In this document: piece by piece, positions 1 through 8,601 of the stretch
Numbering within the stretch: position 1 is the first letter of the stretch
How the letters are laid out: the number at the start of each line of letters is the position of its first letter
Source of the DNA: a virus
Lineage: Duplodnaviria > Heunggongvirae > Uroviricota > Caudoviricetes
Length of the DNA stretch: 26,751 nt
Virus record (IMG/VR): IMGVR_UViG_2534681936_000019
Strand: one strand, 5' to 3'
Position numbers and translations under genes: made by a program
The notes under the pieces: model-generated
Database searches by the model: none
Seen by the model: only the letters and a program-made list of their open reading frames with translations
What the model was told of the DNA's origin: nothing

Positions 1-303
1 GTCCTTTTTGTGTTCATCCACACTTTCAGGCCAGCGGATTGCCTCCGTCGCAAAGGTCCCCGACTTGTAATAGGTCAGTACCGTCTCTGTGCCTTCAAGC
101 GGCAGTACCAGTATGCCAACTGCACTACCGGCTTTCTGTCCGTCCCAGACCACCAGTTTCCCGCTGGCTTCATCCAGCATCAGGGGCGTCAGTGCCGGTG
201 TTGCCGAGGAAATCCCGCTGCTGCCTGTGGCGGTATGAGCCGGATCATTACCGGCAAAAATACGTACTTCCGCACGCTGTTCAGTGATGTTTTTCGTTAC
301 CAT
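1..303 (-). CDS. D: Head decoration protein (lambda gpD-like), 3' end runs off the window
   Basis: Minus-strand ATG at 303 gives MVTKNITEQRAEVRIFAGNDPAHTATGSS...LTPLMLDEASGKLVVWDG...YYKSGTF, matching the lambda D protein pattern; no stop before the window edge. Sits directly downstream of the C protease gene. Confidence 0.8.
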   Translation of the reverse strand, partial: MVTKNITEQRAEVRIFAGNDPAHTATGSSGISSATPALTPLMLDEASGKLVVWDGQKAGSAVGILVLPLEGTETVLTYYKSGTFATEAIRWPESVDEHKKD

Positions 304-339
304 ATTGTAAAAACCTCCTGTTGATGGTCAGCACTGACT

Positions 340-1845
340 TCATGGCATGGCCATGAGCATTTTCATGTCCGCATCACCGTCTGCTGACGTCTGTGGCACG
401 CCACCCTGTACCGCAGCCGGTGAATGGTTCGCCATGATGCGTTCAAACAGGGCGGTTGTGGATGCAGAGACCGGTTCTGCCTTACCTGATCCCGCAGCCA
501 GCACAGCCCGGGCGCTCTCCACAGTCATTCCCGGGCAGGCAGCCAGCTGTTCAGCCTGCGCCTCAGCCCCTTTTGCCTCATCCAGTGCCATGATCTGATC
601 ACGGAGTGAGGGTCCGGCATCCGCCTGCGGTGAAGCAGCCAGGATCGGGCGGGCTTTTTCCACCGTCATCTCCGGCATCGCCGCCAGCGTTGCCGCCAGT
701 TGTTCACGACCGTTCGCTTCTTCACACGCCATAATGCGATCGGCTTCACTCTGCGTGGATGCCACCGGCTGCTGCGGTGCCGCCGCGGCCAGAATCGCCC
801 GGGCCTGTTCAACGCTCATGCCCTGTTGTCCTGCCAGCATCGTGGCAAGCTGTTCACGTCCTTTCGCTTCCTGGCATGTCAGGATCCCCATCACTCGCTG
901 GTTCTCCTGCGCGGCGGCTTCCGTTGCAGTTAATTGCGGCATAGTGCCTCCTCTGACATTACTGTTCAGCGCCGTGGCCATCACACTGATGGCATCCGAC
1001 GCATTGATTAATTCATCCGCCAGCCCGGCCTCAATGCCGGACTGACCTTCAAAAACGGCGGCCTCTGTTCCCGTGACGGCATCAACAGACAACCCGGTAT
1101 ACATCGCCACTTTTTCGGCAAACATCCGGCGCGCCGCATCAATCCGCTGCTGCATGTCCTGGCGAACCTCTGCCGGCAACGCTTCAAACTGATTGCCATC
1201 CACCTTGTGCGCCCCTGAGTAAATCAGCGTGATATCCACACCGGCCTGCGCCAGATGACCGGCATAGCTGACATGGCTCATCATCACGCCAATGGAGCCG
1301 ATACGGGATGTCTGGGTAACCAGCCGTCGGGAGCAGGCCGACGCCAGCAGCATGGCTGCAGAACAGGCCGTGTCATTGCACAGTGCCCAGACCGGCTTCT
1401 GCTGACGGAGGCGGTAAATCATGTCAGCGCAGTCAAACGCGCCGGCGGCCTGCCCGCCCGGACTGTCAATGTCCAGCAGTACGCCCCGCACCTGGCTATC
1501 TGCCATTGCCTGCTGAAGACAGGCGACAATGCCGTCATAGCCAGTCATTCCGGAAAATGGCCGCATCCCCCCCAGCCGGTGCACCAGCGTGCCGGTCACC
1601 GGCAGTACAGCAATACCGTTCACCACCCGGTAAACACGGGCCGGTCGTTTACCTCCGGCCATGTACTCGTCCGTTTCAGCCAGCATTCCGGGAGCATCAA
1701 GCTGTACCTGCTGCTGTGGTACCGAAAGACTTGCTGCCCCCATCTCGCGCCCGAGCGCGCAAAAGAAAACCCGCGCATAGGCGGGCTCCAGAAGCAGCGG
1801 TTCATTGAATGCTGCGGCAATAATGTGTGAAAGATTACGTCTCAC
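340..1845 (-). CDS. C: Prohead maturation protease / scaffold (S49 SppA-ClpP-like peptidase, lambda gpC family) with a repeat-containing C-terminal scaffold domain
   Basis: 501-aa ORF in lambda order after the portal gene; protease-like N-terminal two thirds; C-terminal part carries repeated ~36-aa units (IMAxxEAxGREQLAxxLAxxPxMTVExARxILAA). Confidence 0.85.
   Translation of the reverse strand: MRRNLSHIIAAAFNEPLLLEPAYARVFFCALGREMGAASLSVPQQQVQLDAPGMLAETDEYMAGGKRPARVYRVVNGIAVLPVTGTLVHRLGGMRPFSGMTGYDGIVACLQQAMADSQVRGVLLDIDSPGGQAAGAFDCADMIYRLRQQKPVWALCNDTACSAAMLLASACSRRLVTQTSRIGSIGVMMSHVSYAGHLAQAGVDITLIYSGAHKVDGNQFEALPAEVRQDMQQRIDAARRMFAEKVAMYTGLSVDAVTGTEAAVFEGQSGIEAGLADELINASDAISVMATALNSNVRGGTMPQLTATEAAAQENQRVMGILTCQEAKGREQLATMLAGQQGMSVEQARAILAAAAPQQPVASTQSEADRIMACEEANGREQLAATLAAMPEMTVEKARPILAASPQADAGPSLRDQIMALDEAKGAEAQAEQLAACPGMTVESARAVLAAGSGKAEPVSASTTALFERIMANHSPAAVQGGVPQTSADGDADMKMLMAMP
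435..945 (-). repeat. In-frame tandem repeats (three full and one partial ~36-aa unit) inside the C-terminal scaffold region of gene C
   Basis: Protein-level repeats MGILTCQEAKGREQLATMLAG..., IMACEEANGREQLAATLAAMPEMTVEKARPILAA..., IMALDEAKGAEAQAEQLAACPGMTVESARAVLAA..., FERIMANHSP... Confidence 0.5.
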
Positions 1846-3432
1846 GTGGTGTTGTCTCCTCTTCCGGCCTGCGACTCTCCGCTATCTGCTGCTGATACGC
1901 CTGCGCTATCCACACCGGACGTGAGAGTCCGGCTTTTTCCCGCTCTGCAGATTCCCTGACCTGCTGGCGGAAAATGTCCTGATAATCCTCGCCCATCAGC
2001 GCCAGCTCTTTCTCATACGTGCTCAGTCCGGCCTCAATGCGCATCACCGATTCCTGAACCTCCTTGAGCCCGTCAATGGCCATTCTTCCGGCTCCAATCC
2101 ACTCAGCCCGTGACCAGGACTGATCGCGCCTGATAAAAATCAAAACGTTGCCCGTGGCGGACGAATAATCCCCCGAAGAAAGTGCCTCTTCCAGCCAGCA
2201 GGAAAACATCTGCGTGGCCAGCCGGGGACGCAATAAATTTTCGCCGCCCCATAAAATAGCGCCACGACTCATTGGCGGATGCGCGGGCACTTGAATAACT
2301 GACCTTCGAGTAATCACGGGACAACTGTTCGTAGGAAACGCCAAGACCGGCGGCGATATACCGCAGCAGCGCCTGTTCAAGCGCCGAAAATCCATTGTCT
2401 GAATCCTGCGCGGTCTGAAGTTTCAGATCATCACCGGGGAAAGGTGCGGAATTTTGACACCGCCCAGCGTCACGCTATTCGTGTCATACCAGGTGGAGAA
2501 CTTATCCAGAATATTAATAAGCGAATTATCCTTCTGACCCCTGCGGCGCACCGGCGATATATTCAAAGGCCTTTTCGGTATCAAGGTCACTTTCAATCGT
2601 CGCTGCATACATCGCCTTCACTATGGCCGACTGAAGCTGTGTTGCCTGACAGGGAATCGAGCATCTTCAGCCGTTCCATTACGCTGTAAAACTGATTGGC
2701 CCCACGGGTCTGCCCGTCCTCCACCGGCTCGAAAATATGCAGCATGGCCGGACGCCCGGTGGGAAGTTCACGCGGGATCCGTTCCCATCGTCCACTCCCG
2801 GAGCGAGGAAAATCATCCTCACAGATATGGTACGCAACGGCACGACCATATCGATCGACCTCCACACCGGCCCGCAGAAAACGGTTCCCCATACCGTGTC
2901 CTGGCGTGTCCACCCGTTTCGGACTCACGGCTTTAAAACGCGTACGAAACAGTTGCGTGCTCTCCGTATCCCAGACCGGCTGCACAAAGATTTCGCCGTT
3001 AAACGCATGAACGCCCACACCTTCACGAATAAATTCCGTAAACGTGCGTTTTCCTTCCACGTCGATCTCGCCAGACATCCCTTCTGCGTATTCTGACCAG
3101 GCCGCCTCCACCTCATCGACAAAACTTTTTGCCGCGGTCTCCCGCATCCCCAGCCAGCGCCAGTTCGGACGGTAGCTGATCAGAAACATATGCCCGACAA
3201 TATGATCCTTATGCAGGGCCACCGCATTGGCCGCTATCCCGTTATTGCGCACCAGATCATCTGCCCGGGCATTCCCCAGACGCAACGCAGGCAGCAGGGC
3301 TGCATCGGCACTCTGCGCCGGTGGCAACCACTCCGCCATTTGCCCGCCAAATCCTGCACCGCCCCCGTTGTAGCTGAGACTCTCACGAAGCGGAACGCCG
3401 TTCACATCAATCAGGACAGGCGTTCGTTTCAT
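1835..3432 (-). pseudogene. B: Portal protein (lambda gpB family) interrupted by about six frameshifts clustered between ~2100 and ~2660
   Basis: The N-terminal 279 aa (2593..3432) and C-terminal 186 aa (1835..2395) match gpB (GGGAGFGGQ, GNARADDLVRNNG, FEPVEDGQTRGANQFYSVME, ...RMAIDGLKEVQESVMRIEAGLSTYEKE). The gpB-like reading in between switches frame repeatedly (ORFs 2423..2608 and 2103..2324 hold gpB-like pieces VTLGGVKIPHL, VSYSSARASANESWRYFMGRRKFIAS). Confidence 0.8.
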
Positions 3433-3635
3433 AACCTCACTCCCAGCGGACGACGGCGACGCCGGGTTGTCCCCAGTACCGACTCCGCATCATTGATCGC
3501 CCGGTTAAGCTCATCCAGAGAAGCCGCCGTATATTCAATTCTGCGACCATCTTTCTGGACAGACACCACCCGTTTACCGGTTAATAAATCAAGGCGCGCC
3601 TGACGCAGCGCCTGCAGTTCAGCGACTGTAACCAT
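3429..3635 (-). CDS. W: Head-tail joining protein (lambda gpW family)
   Basis: 68-aa ORF with LLTGKRVVSVQKDGRRIEYTAASLDEL and a basic C-terminus, matching lambda W (68 aa); positioned between terminase and portal. Confidence 0.85.
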   Translation of the reverse strand: MVTVAELQALRQARLDLLTGKRVVSVQKDGRRIEYTAASLDELNRAINDAESVLGTTRRRRRPLGVRL

Positions 3636-5547
3636 TCACTCCTCCGGACAGCTTCGCTGCCAGTTCTTTCAGGGTTGGCCGGGTCGTCTCTTCTTCCCGG
3701 GATTTTGCCAGTACAGCCAGATCAAGCTGCCAGCGTTGCACGGACACACGTAATGCCGCGTAGGCATACACCAGGCAGTCCAGCGCTTCGTTACGCCGCT
3801 TTTTGTTATCCCACAGCAGACGCATCTTTCCTTTTTCCCACTTCTCCACAAGCTCTTCCGCTACCAGTTGCTGCGCCTCTGTCTGCGAAAAAATCTCCGG
3901 ATCATCAGGAAAACGGATGGCATACGACGTGGCTTCATCCGCAGGCGTGGGATCGGCTTTCATACGGGCATAGAGAATTTCTTTTGCGGTGTCCGTCCCC
4001 ACTTCACACAGATACACGCCCCGCTGATTGCGGGTTTTCGGCATGGTGATCACCGGCTTGCCATAGACAGACGCGCCCTTTACCGGCAGCACCCGGAAAA
4101 CACCGTGTTTTTTTGATCTCTGATAAACAATTTCACCATCGATCCCCCCGGTGTCCCAGCAGACACGGGAAATAGTCATTTCGGTGCCATCCGCATGGCG
4201 GTATTTTTTGTTGATCGCCGCATCCACACGTAACAGCGTCTCTTCCTCATCAGGACGCCCCATAATGATGATTTTATCCACCAGAAAGGCTTCCTCTCCC
4301 GGAGCCCATCCCCAGACATACATCTCAAAACGGTTTCGCTGCGAGTCAATGCCCGCCGTCAGATAAACCACCCGGGCAGGCACCGCCGCCGTGTAACGCA
4401 CCACCTTATCCATCAGTACCTGGTGATCGAGTTTTTCGCCCACGGCCTCTTCCCAGGTCTCGCCCAGCGTGGTGTTCACAAAGGTTTTCAGGCCGTTGGG
4501 ATCTTTCAGTGCATCCAGCCAGTCATAGACAATCTGTACCCAGGTGGTGAACGGACTGTACGCCGTCCAGATATGGAACGTGATGGAGCGCGGCGGCGGA
4601 ATTTCATCACCCCGGGCGCTGAAAAACGTCAGACCGTCACGGGTCCACATGCCCGTGTTTTCACAGATCCACCGCCCGTTACTCTGGTCAAGCTCAGACT
4701 GATGGATCACACAGCCATGATGCTCACAAAGGTAGAAAACACTTTCTGGCTTATTCTTCTCCCACTTAAGACCGAAAGGCGAGGCATCATCGCCAAATTT
4801 CAGATACTGCTCCTCCCCACAGTGCGGACAGGGCACATAAAAACGCATGAAGTGTGCCGACTCGTTAGCGGCTTTTTCGATCTGGCAGGTGCCTTTGATT
4901 TTAGGCGTCGAGCCGCGAATGGATTTTGGCCACACCGACCCCTCAATACGCTTATCCCCCAGCAGGGTTGGCGAGCCCTCTTTTTCGACATCCGGCTCGA
5001 ACGAGGAAAGTTCGTCATAGCAGACCACGTCCACGGATTTTTCACGGTAGTTTTTGGCGGCAGCGCCGCCCAGGCACCAGAAACCGACGCCCGATGAAAA
5101 GCGTTTCAGCGTGAGAGTATTGTCACGATGTTTACGACCCAGCCATGGGGAAAGGTCTTTCAGGCATGGCACGTTCCGAATCGTCGCCTCCACGTGAGAC
5201 TTCATAAAATCTTCAGCGGCAGAATCCGTGGGCTGAAAAAGCAGACTGTTTCGGGATTTATGCTCAATAAAATACCCGACCACCCCCAGCAACATCTTTG
5301 TATAGCCAACACGGGCAGATTTAATCAGGTTAACCGTGCGAACCTGGTCGTTACCCATACAGTTCATAATGGCGATCTGGAATGGCAGCGTTTTCCATTC
5401 TCCCTCACCATATGAAGATTCTTTAGGCAGATAATAATTTTGATCAGCCCATTCAACTGCCGTCATTGGTACAACCCTGACCAGAGGCTGCAGCGCAACC
5501 GAAACGGCAGCCATCATATTATTCAGTTGTTGCTCTGATATATTCAT
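3619..5547 (-). CDS. A: Terminase large subunit (lambda gpA family)
   Basis: Near-collinear match to lambda gpA from MNISEQQ... (AVEWADQNYYLPKESSYGEGEWKTLPFQ, KNYREKSVDVVCYDELSSF, CPHCGEEQYLKFGD, WDTGGIDGEIVYQRSKKHG). Start set at the internal MNISEQQ ATG (5547), which overlaps the Nu1 stop as in lambda; the ORF track begins 19 codons upstream. Confidence 0.95.
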   Translation of the reverse strand: MNISEQQLNNMMAAVSVALQPLVRVVPMTAVEWADQNYYLPKESSYGEGEWKTLPFQIAIMNCMGNDQVRTVNLIKSARVGYTKMLLGVVGYFIEHKSRNSLLFQPTDSAAEDFMKSHVEATIRNVPCLKDLSPWLGRKHRDNTLTLKRFSSGVGFWCLGGAAAKNYREKSVDVVCYDELSSFEPDVEKEGSPTLLGDKRIEGSVWPKSIRGSTPKIKGTCQIEKAANESAHFMRFYVPCPHCGEEQYLKFGDDASPFGLKWEKNKPESVFYLCEHHGCVIHQSELDQSNGRWICENTGMWTRDGLTFFSARGDEIPPPRSITFHIWTAYSPFTTWVQIVYDWLDALKDPNGLKTFVNTTLGETWEEAVGEKLDHQVLMDKVVRYTAAVPARVVYLTAGIDSQRNRFEMYVWGWAPGEEAFLVDKIIIMGRPDEEETLLRVDAAINKKYRHADGTEMTISRVCWDTGGIDGEIVYQRSKKHGVFRVLPVKGASVYGKPVITMPKTRNQRGVYLCEVGTDTAKEILYARMKADPTPADEATSYAIRFPDDPEIFSQTEAQQLVAEELVEKWEKGKMRLLWDNKKRRNEALDCLVYAYAALRVSVQRWQLDLAVLAKSREEETTRPTLKELAAKLSGGVNGYSR

Positions 5548-6027
5548 CGAGTAAATCCGGTAATTTATCCCCTGCCCGCGCACACTGATTTGCCCCCTTA
5601 GCAATAAGGGTTTTCAGATGGTCAAGATGGCGCGGTGTTAAATCAGGAAACTGTCGCTGCATGGATAAAGGGATGGAATCAAGCGTACTGGATAACGCCA
5701 TTGCCAGCTTACTGAGGGCAAAAATACAGAACCCGGTGTCAATAAGTTTCCTTTTGACACCTCATTTTTTAACTGCTGTGTAACAGCCTGTTCTGCTGTC
5801 AGTTCCCATCTGGCAATAAGCAATTTCTCTTCATAGTCTTCTTTGCTATCGCCATCAGGCACATCGTTTTTACTTCTTCTCAGATACGATATGTAAAAAT
5901 CGCGCCAGGCATCCAGATCCAGTTGCCCTCGCTTATTCGAGATCGGGGCACCCGGTAATTTCTGCAATCTGCGAAGCTGGCGATCGGTCAGACTTAAATG
6001 CCTGGCAACTTCAGTCTGCGTAGCCAC
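5519..6027 (-). pseudogene. nu1: Terminase small subunit (Nu1 / NohA-like) with a single frameshift near 5750-5760
   Basis: N-terminal HTH part (5638..6027, MATQTEVARHLSLTDRQLRRL...) and C-terminal part (5519..5701, ...IPLSMQRQFPDLTPRHLDHLKTLIAKG, like lambda Nu1 LPLSVQRRFPELENRHVDFLK) lie in different frames. The frames join if one base is added in an A4 run (plus-strand T-run at ~5753-5756). Confidence 0.75.
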
Positions 6028-6180
6028 TCCTCACCTCGCAAAAACTCTCACCTCACAATCACAACAAAACCGGTCATGTCCGGTTTACATGTCTGTTTTT
6101 TGTTCATGTCCGGTTCACAGAAGACCTGTTTTTATATTTTTCATATAGTTAACTTGAAGAGAAACCGGACATGGATCCCG

Positions 6181-6250
6181 GAAAATTTTCATAAATAGCG
6201 AAAACCCGCGAGGTCGCCGCCCCGTAACCGGTCGGATCGCCGGAAAGGAC
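6181..6250 (-). other. cos: cos site: cosN core (12-nt cohesive end GGGCGGCGACCT, minus strand, at 6211..6222) with lambda-like flanks
   Basis: The minus strand reads GGGCGGCGACCTCGCGGGTTTTCGCTATTTATGAAAATTTTCC, which is the lambda left-end sequence, immediately upstream of Nu1; the other flank (CCGGTTACG on the minus strand) is lambda right-end-like. Confidence 0.85.
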
Positions 6251-6428
6251 CCACGAAATGATAATAATTATCATCTATATAAGGTTTATCACAACATGTG
6301 TGTACGCCATCAAACCACGAGAAATAATCAATTATGACGCAGGTATCGTATTAATTGATCTGCGTCAAATTAACGTAAAAGCAACTTCAGATAATACAAA
6401 TCAGCAACACTGAATATGGGGAAACATT

Positions 6429-6614
6429 ATGTCATCAAAGAACAGAACCCGCAGAACAACAACCCGCAACATCCGATTTCCAAACCAGATGATTGAACAA
6501 ATTAACATCGCTCTTGATCTGAAAGGTTCAGGAAACTTTTCAGCGTGGGTTATTGAAGCCTGCAGAAGAAGGCTGTCAACAGAGAGTTCGGGTATGAATT
6601 ACATAATTAAGTAA
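6429..6614 (+). CDS. Small ribbon-helix-helix-like protein (YlcI-like / DUF3950 candidate) in the lambda right-end region
   Basis: 61-aa ORF with basic N-terminus and IRFPNQMIEQINIALDLKGSGNFSAWVIEACRRRL; same position relative to cos/Nu1 as ylcI next to nohD in DLP12. Confidence 0.5.
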   Translation: MSSKNRTRRTTTRNIRFPNQMIEQINIALDLKGSGNFSAWVIEACRRRLSTESSGMNYIIK

Positions 6615-6746
6615 CATGGTGTTCACAGAACACGCAGTTACCGGACACATCAGTTTTCCATTCGCTCCCCGGCAGTACAGGCTTCCCCTCTGACGGGATA
6701 GCCTGAAAAAATAACACAGAAAATTATTTGTTATAATTAATATAAC

Positions 6747-6887
6747 TTACTCAAAAAAAAGCGACGAGAAAATCAGCATCAACGAACAATAAGCGCCAAT
6801 ACGTGATAACAAATGGCAGCCATATTTATCTGCAGTATAAGCAATGGACAGGATAACCACACCAGAAACCGTCAGCATAAAATCCAT
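6747..6887 (-). CDS. Candidate 46-aa hydrophobic small protein (absent from the ORF track, below size cut-off)
   Basis: ATG at 6887 with GGGGAAG about 7 nt upstream; translation MDFMLTVSGVVILSIAYTADKYGCHLLSRIGAYCSLMLIFSSLFFE; AT-rich region between Rz and cos. Confidence 0.25.
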   Translation of the reverse strand: MDFMLTVSGVVILSIAYTADKYGCHLLSRIGAYCSLMLIFSSLFFE

Positions 6888-7243
6888 TTGAACTTCCCCG
6901 GACAAAATCGACTCATCTAAAGATTTACAGCTCTTTTTATTATCAATATGTTAAAAGTAAAATAAACAGATGTTCAATAACACGAATACAAAAACGTGCT
7001 GAAATTCAATGAATCCATTTCTGTGTCATCAATTAATAGTGATAAACATCCGGCTTCTTCCACCATCGCACCGGACAGGCGACTATGAGGGGACAACGCC
7101 GCGCTCCGTTAACGCGGTAAACCCCGGTGTGTATCGTTTTTGATTATCCCCGCACACTCGCGCAGAAGAGTCTCCCTGTCGGGCTGCGGTCTCTGTTAAT
7201 GCAGGAATACGGCGACAATACCGCGCATGGATAATAAGGTCGC

Positions 7244-7468
7244 TCAACACACTGGCTGTAATGCAGCGGATACCATGCGGCATTTAGCGGCATTCATCGT
7301 ACACTCCACGGTTAGCTCTTCATTCGTGGCATTCACCTGAAAGGTCCGGGAGTGTAATTGCGTACATTTACCACTGAACGAACCTTCAACAAGAACACGA
7401 CCACGCTGCAAAATACGGAACGGAATTGTTCCCTGAAAAGGTTCTACGGTTACCCGTAATTTCTTCAT
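7244..7468 (-). CDS. Hypothetical 74-aa protein directly downstream of Rz
   Basis: [24 protein letters not shown]... whose start overlaps the Rz stop; no recognisable family. Confidence 0.35.
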   Translation of the reverse strand: MKKLRVTVEPFQGTIPFRILQRGRVLVEGSFSGKCTQLHSRTFQVNATNEELTVECTMNAAKCRMVSAALQPVC

Positions 7469-7959
7469 GTATCCTCCGGATAATAAAAAGCCAGCTTAGT
7501 GCACTGAGTGCGGATATATTCCTGCGCCCCTTCCAGCTGCTTCTGCATTGTCATCAACCGTTCTCTGAGGATGAAATAATCCCGTTCAGCGGTGTCTGCC
7601 AGTCGGGGGCCGGTTGCATTATCCACGCTGGAGGTGCCGGTGGCTTCACGCACGGTACCGGGGCAGGTGGCGTTGACCCGCAGGCGCTTACGACCAGCGG
7701 CAACATCAGCGCGCAGAGTTTCAATTTCAGCTCTCGCATCGGCTAATTCCTTCGTGTATCTGGCATCAAGCGCAGCGACATCTCGCTGGCGCTGCTGCAT
7801 GTCAGTAATAGTGGCATTCGCCAGTTTCAGCTCACTGACTTTTTTATCGCGCTGCGCTTTGTAGGTGATGGCGTTATCGCGGTAATGATTCAGCCCCAGA
7901 CTAAGCACACCACAGGCTACCAGCAGGACAATAATCACCACACACAGAACACGGTTCAT
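7465..7959 (-). CDS. Rz: Rz inner-membrane spanin (i-spanin)
   Basis: From the internal start [40 protein letters not shown]...[25 protein letters not shown], near-collinear with lambda Rz; N-terminal TM helix. Confidence 0.85.
   Translation of the reverse strand: MNRVLCVVIIVLLVACGVLSLGLNHYRDNAITYKAQRDKKVSELKLANATITDMQQRQRDVAALDARYTKELADARAEIETLRADVAAGRKRLRVNATCPGTVREATGTSSVDNATGPRLADTAERDYFILRERLMTMQKQLEGAQEYIRTQCTKLAFYYPEDT
7554..7739 (-). CDS. Rz1: Rz1 outer-membrane lipoprotein spanin (o-spanin), embedded in Rz in the +1 frame
   Basis: [56 protein letters not shown]: lipobox plus proline-rich sequence matching lambda Rz1. Confidence 0.8.
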   Translation of the reverse strand: MRELKLKLCALMLPLVVSACGSTPPAPVPCVKPPAPPAWIMQPAPDWQTPLNGIISSSENG

Positions 7960-7960
7960 A

Positions 7961-8047
7961 TCACCACCAACGGATTGCCCAGACCAGAACAGCAATGGCC
8001 ACAATACGAATGGCAAATGCCATTGCCCGAATAAGTTCAGCACTCAT
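7961..8047 (-). CDS. Candidate 28-aa hydrophobic peptide immediately upstream of Rz
   Basis: [28 protein letters not shown]; stop adjoins the Rz ATG; sequence resembles the C-terminal segment of the neighbouring small ORF (RALAFAIKWVAVGIAV). Confidence 0.25.
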   Translation of the reverse strand: MSAELIRAMAFAIRIVAIAVLVWAIRWW

Positions 8048-8058
8048 CTTTTTAAAGT

Positions 8059-8309
8059 TCACGATTTCAGCGCAATGACCAGTTTTGCCAGCCCATACAG
8101 CATCGGAGACACAGCAATACCAACAGCCACCCACTTAATAGCAAAAGCCAGCGCTCTGCTGATGTCATCAGTCACTGTCACCCCAGCAGCCCCGACGAAG
8201 ACAACATCACCCAGGCGAGGGACAGAAAAAGAGCAACCAGCATTAGTGAAAATGAAATACCGACAATCACACACAGGACCTTTGCCGGCGTTATGAGTTT
8301 GTCTGACAT
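8059..8309 (-). CDS. Candidate ~83-aa two-TM small membrane protein, frameshifted at a G-run
   Basis: ATG at 8309 with AAGGGG RBS gives MSDKLITPAKVLCVIVGISFSLMLVALFLSLAWVMLSSSG, then continues in another frame as ...GVTVTDDISRALAFAIKWVAVGIAVSPMLYGLAKLVIALKS (ORF 8059..8331). Confidence 0.3.
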
Positions 8310-8311
8310 AG

Positions 8312-8407
8312 CTACCCCTTAATTGCCACAATTAACTGGGATACTACCCATAAAAAAGGGATGCTCCAGACCAGCAAAAATTTCCAGTTTGGTAATTGAC
8401 TAATCAT
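8312..8407 (-). CDS. Candidate 31-aa single-TM peptide downstream of the endolysin
   Basis: Internal ATG at 8407 preceded by GGGAG about 9 nt upstream; MISQLPNWKFLLVWSIPFLWVVSQLIVAIKG. Confidence 0.3.
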   Translation of the reverse strand: MISQLPNWKFLLVWSIPFLWVVSQLIVAIKG

Positions 8408-8474
8408 GAGTCGCAACTCCCTAATCAGTTTGCTAAAATCAATCAAGGCAGCCTCCCATAGCTTACTGCCATAA

Positions 8475-8518
8475 AAACAAAACCCCGCTTGCTGCCAACA
8501 AACGGGGTTTTTACTTTT
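8475..8518. terminator. Intrinsic terminator hairpin downstream of the endolysin gene (T-tracts on both strands)
   Basis: AACCCCG ... CGGGGTT stem with a 15-nt loop, followed by TTTTTACTTTTAT on plus and TTTTGTTTTTAT on minus. Confidence 0.5.
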
Positions 8519-8601
8519 ATTCACTTACGTTTCGCCAGTTCGCAGGATTTCATGTTATCCGCCCGCGTGGCCATGCCTTATTTTTCAGCAAAATATTCTG
8601 C

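Noticed and set aside
10-324. Plus-strand ORFs 10..324 and 39..287
   Set aside because: They lie antisense to the well-supported gpD-like coding sequence on the minus strand; no independent support.
4423-5097. 224-aa plus-strand ORF inside the terminase large-subunit gene, and similar antisense ORFs elsewhere (for example 1255..1830, 3190..3603, 11382..11657, 16638..16976, 24893..25183)
   Set aside because: Fully embedded antisense to strongly supported minus-strand genes; typical spurious long ORFs in GC-rich coding DNA.
6620-7240. bor lipoprotein gene expected between Rz and cos
   Set aside because: No ORF on either strand resembles Bor (a lipoprotein starting MKK with an LxxC lipobox); the 74-aa and 66-aa ORFs present do not match.
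8075-8296. Plus-strand 73-aa ORF between endolysin and Rz
   Set aside because: Antisense to the better-supported minus-strand small membrane ORFs and lacking an RBS; composition (Ala/Thr/Pro-rich) looks like the reverse frame of hydrophobic coding sequence.
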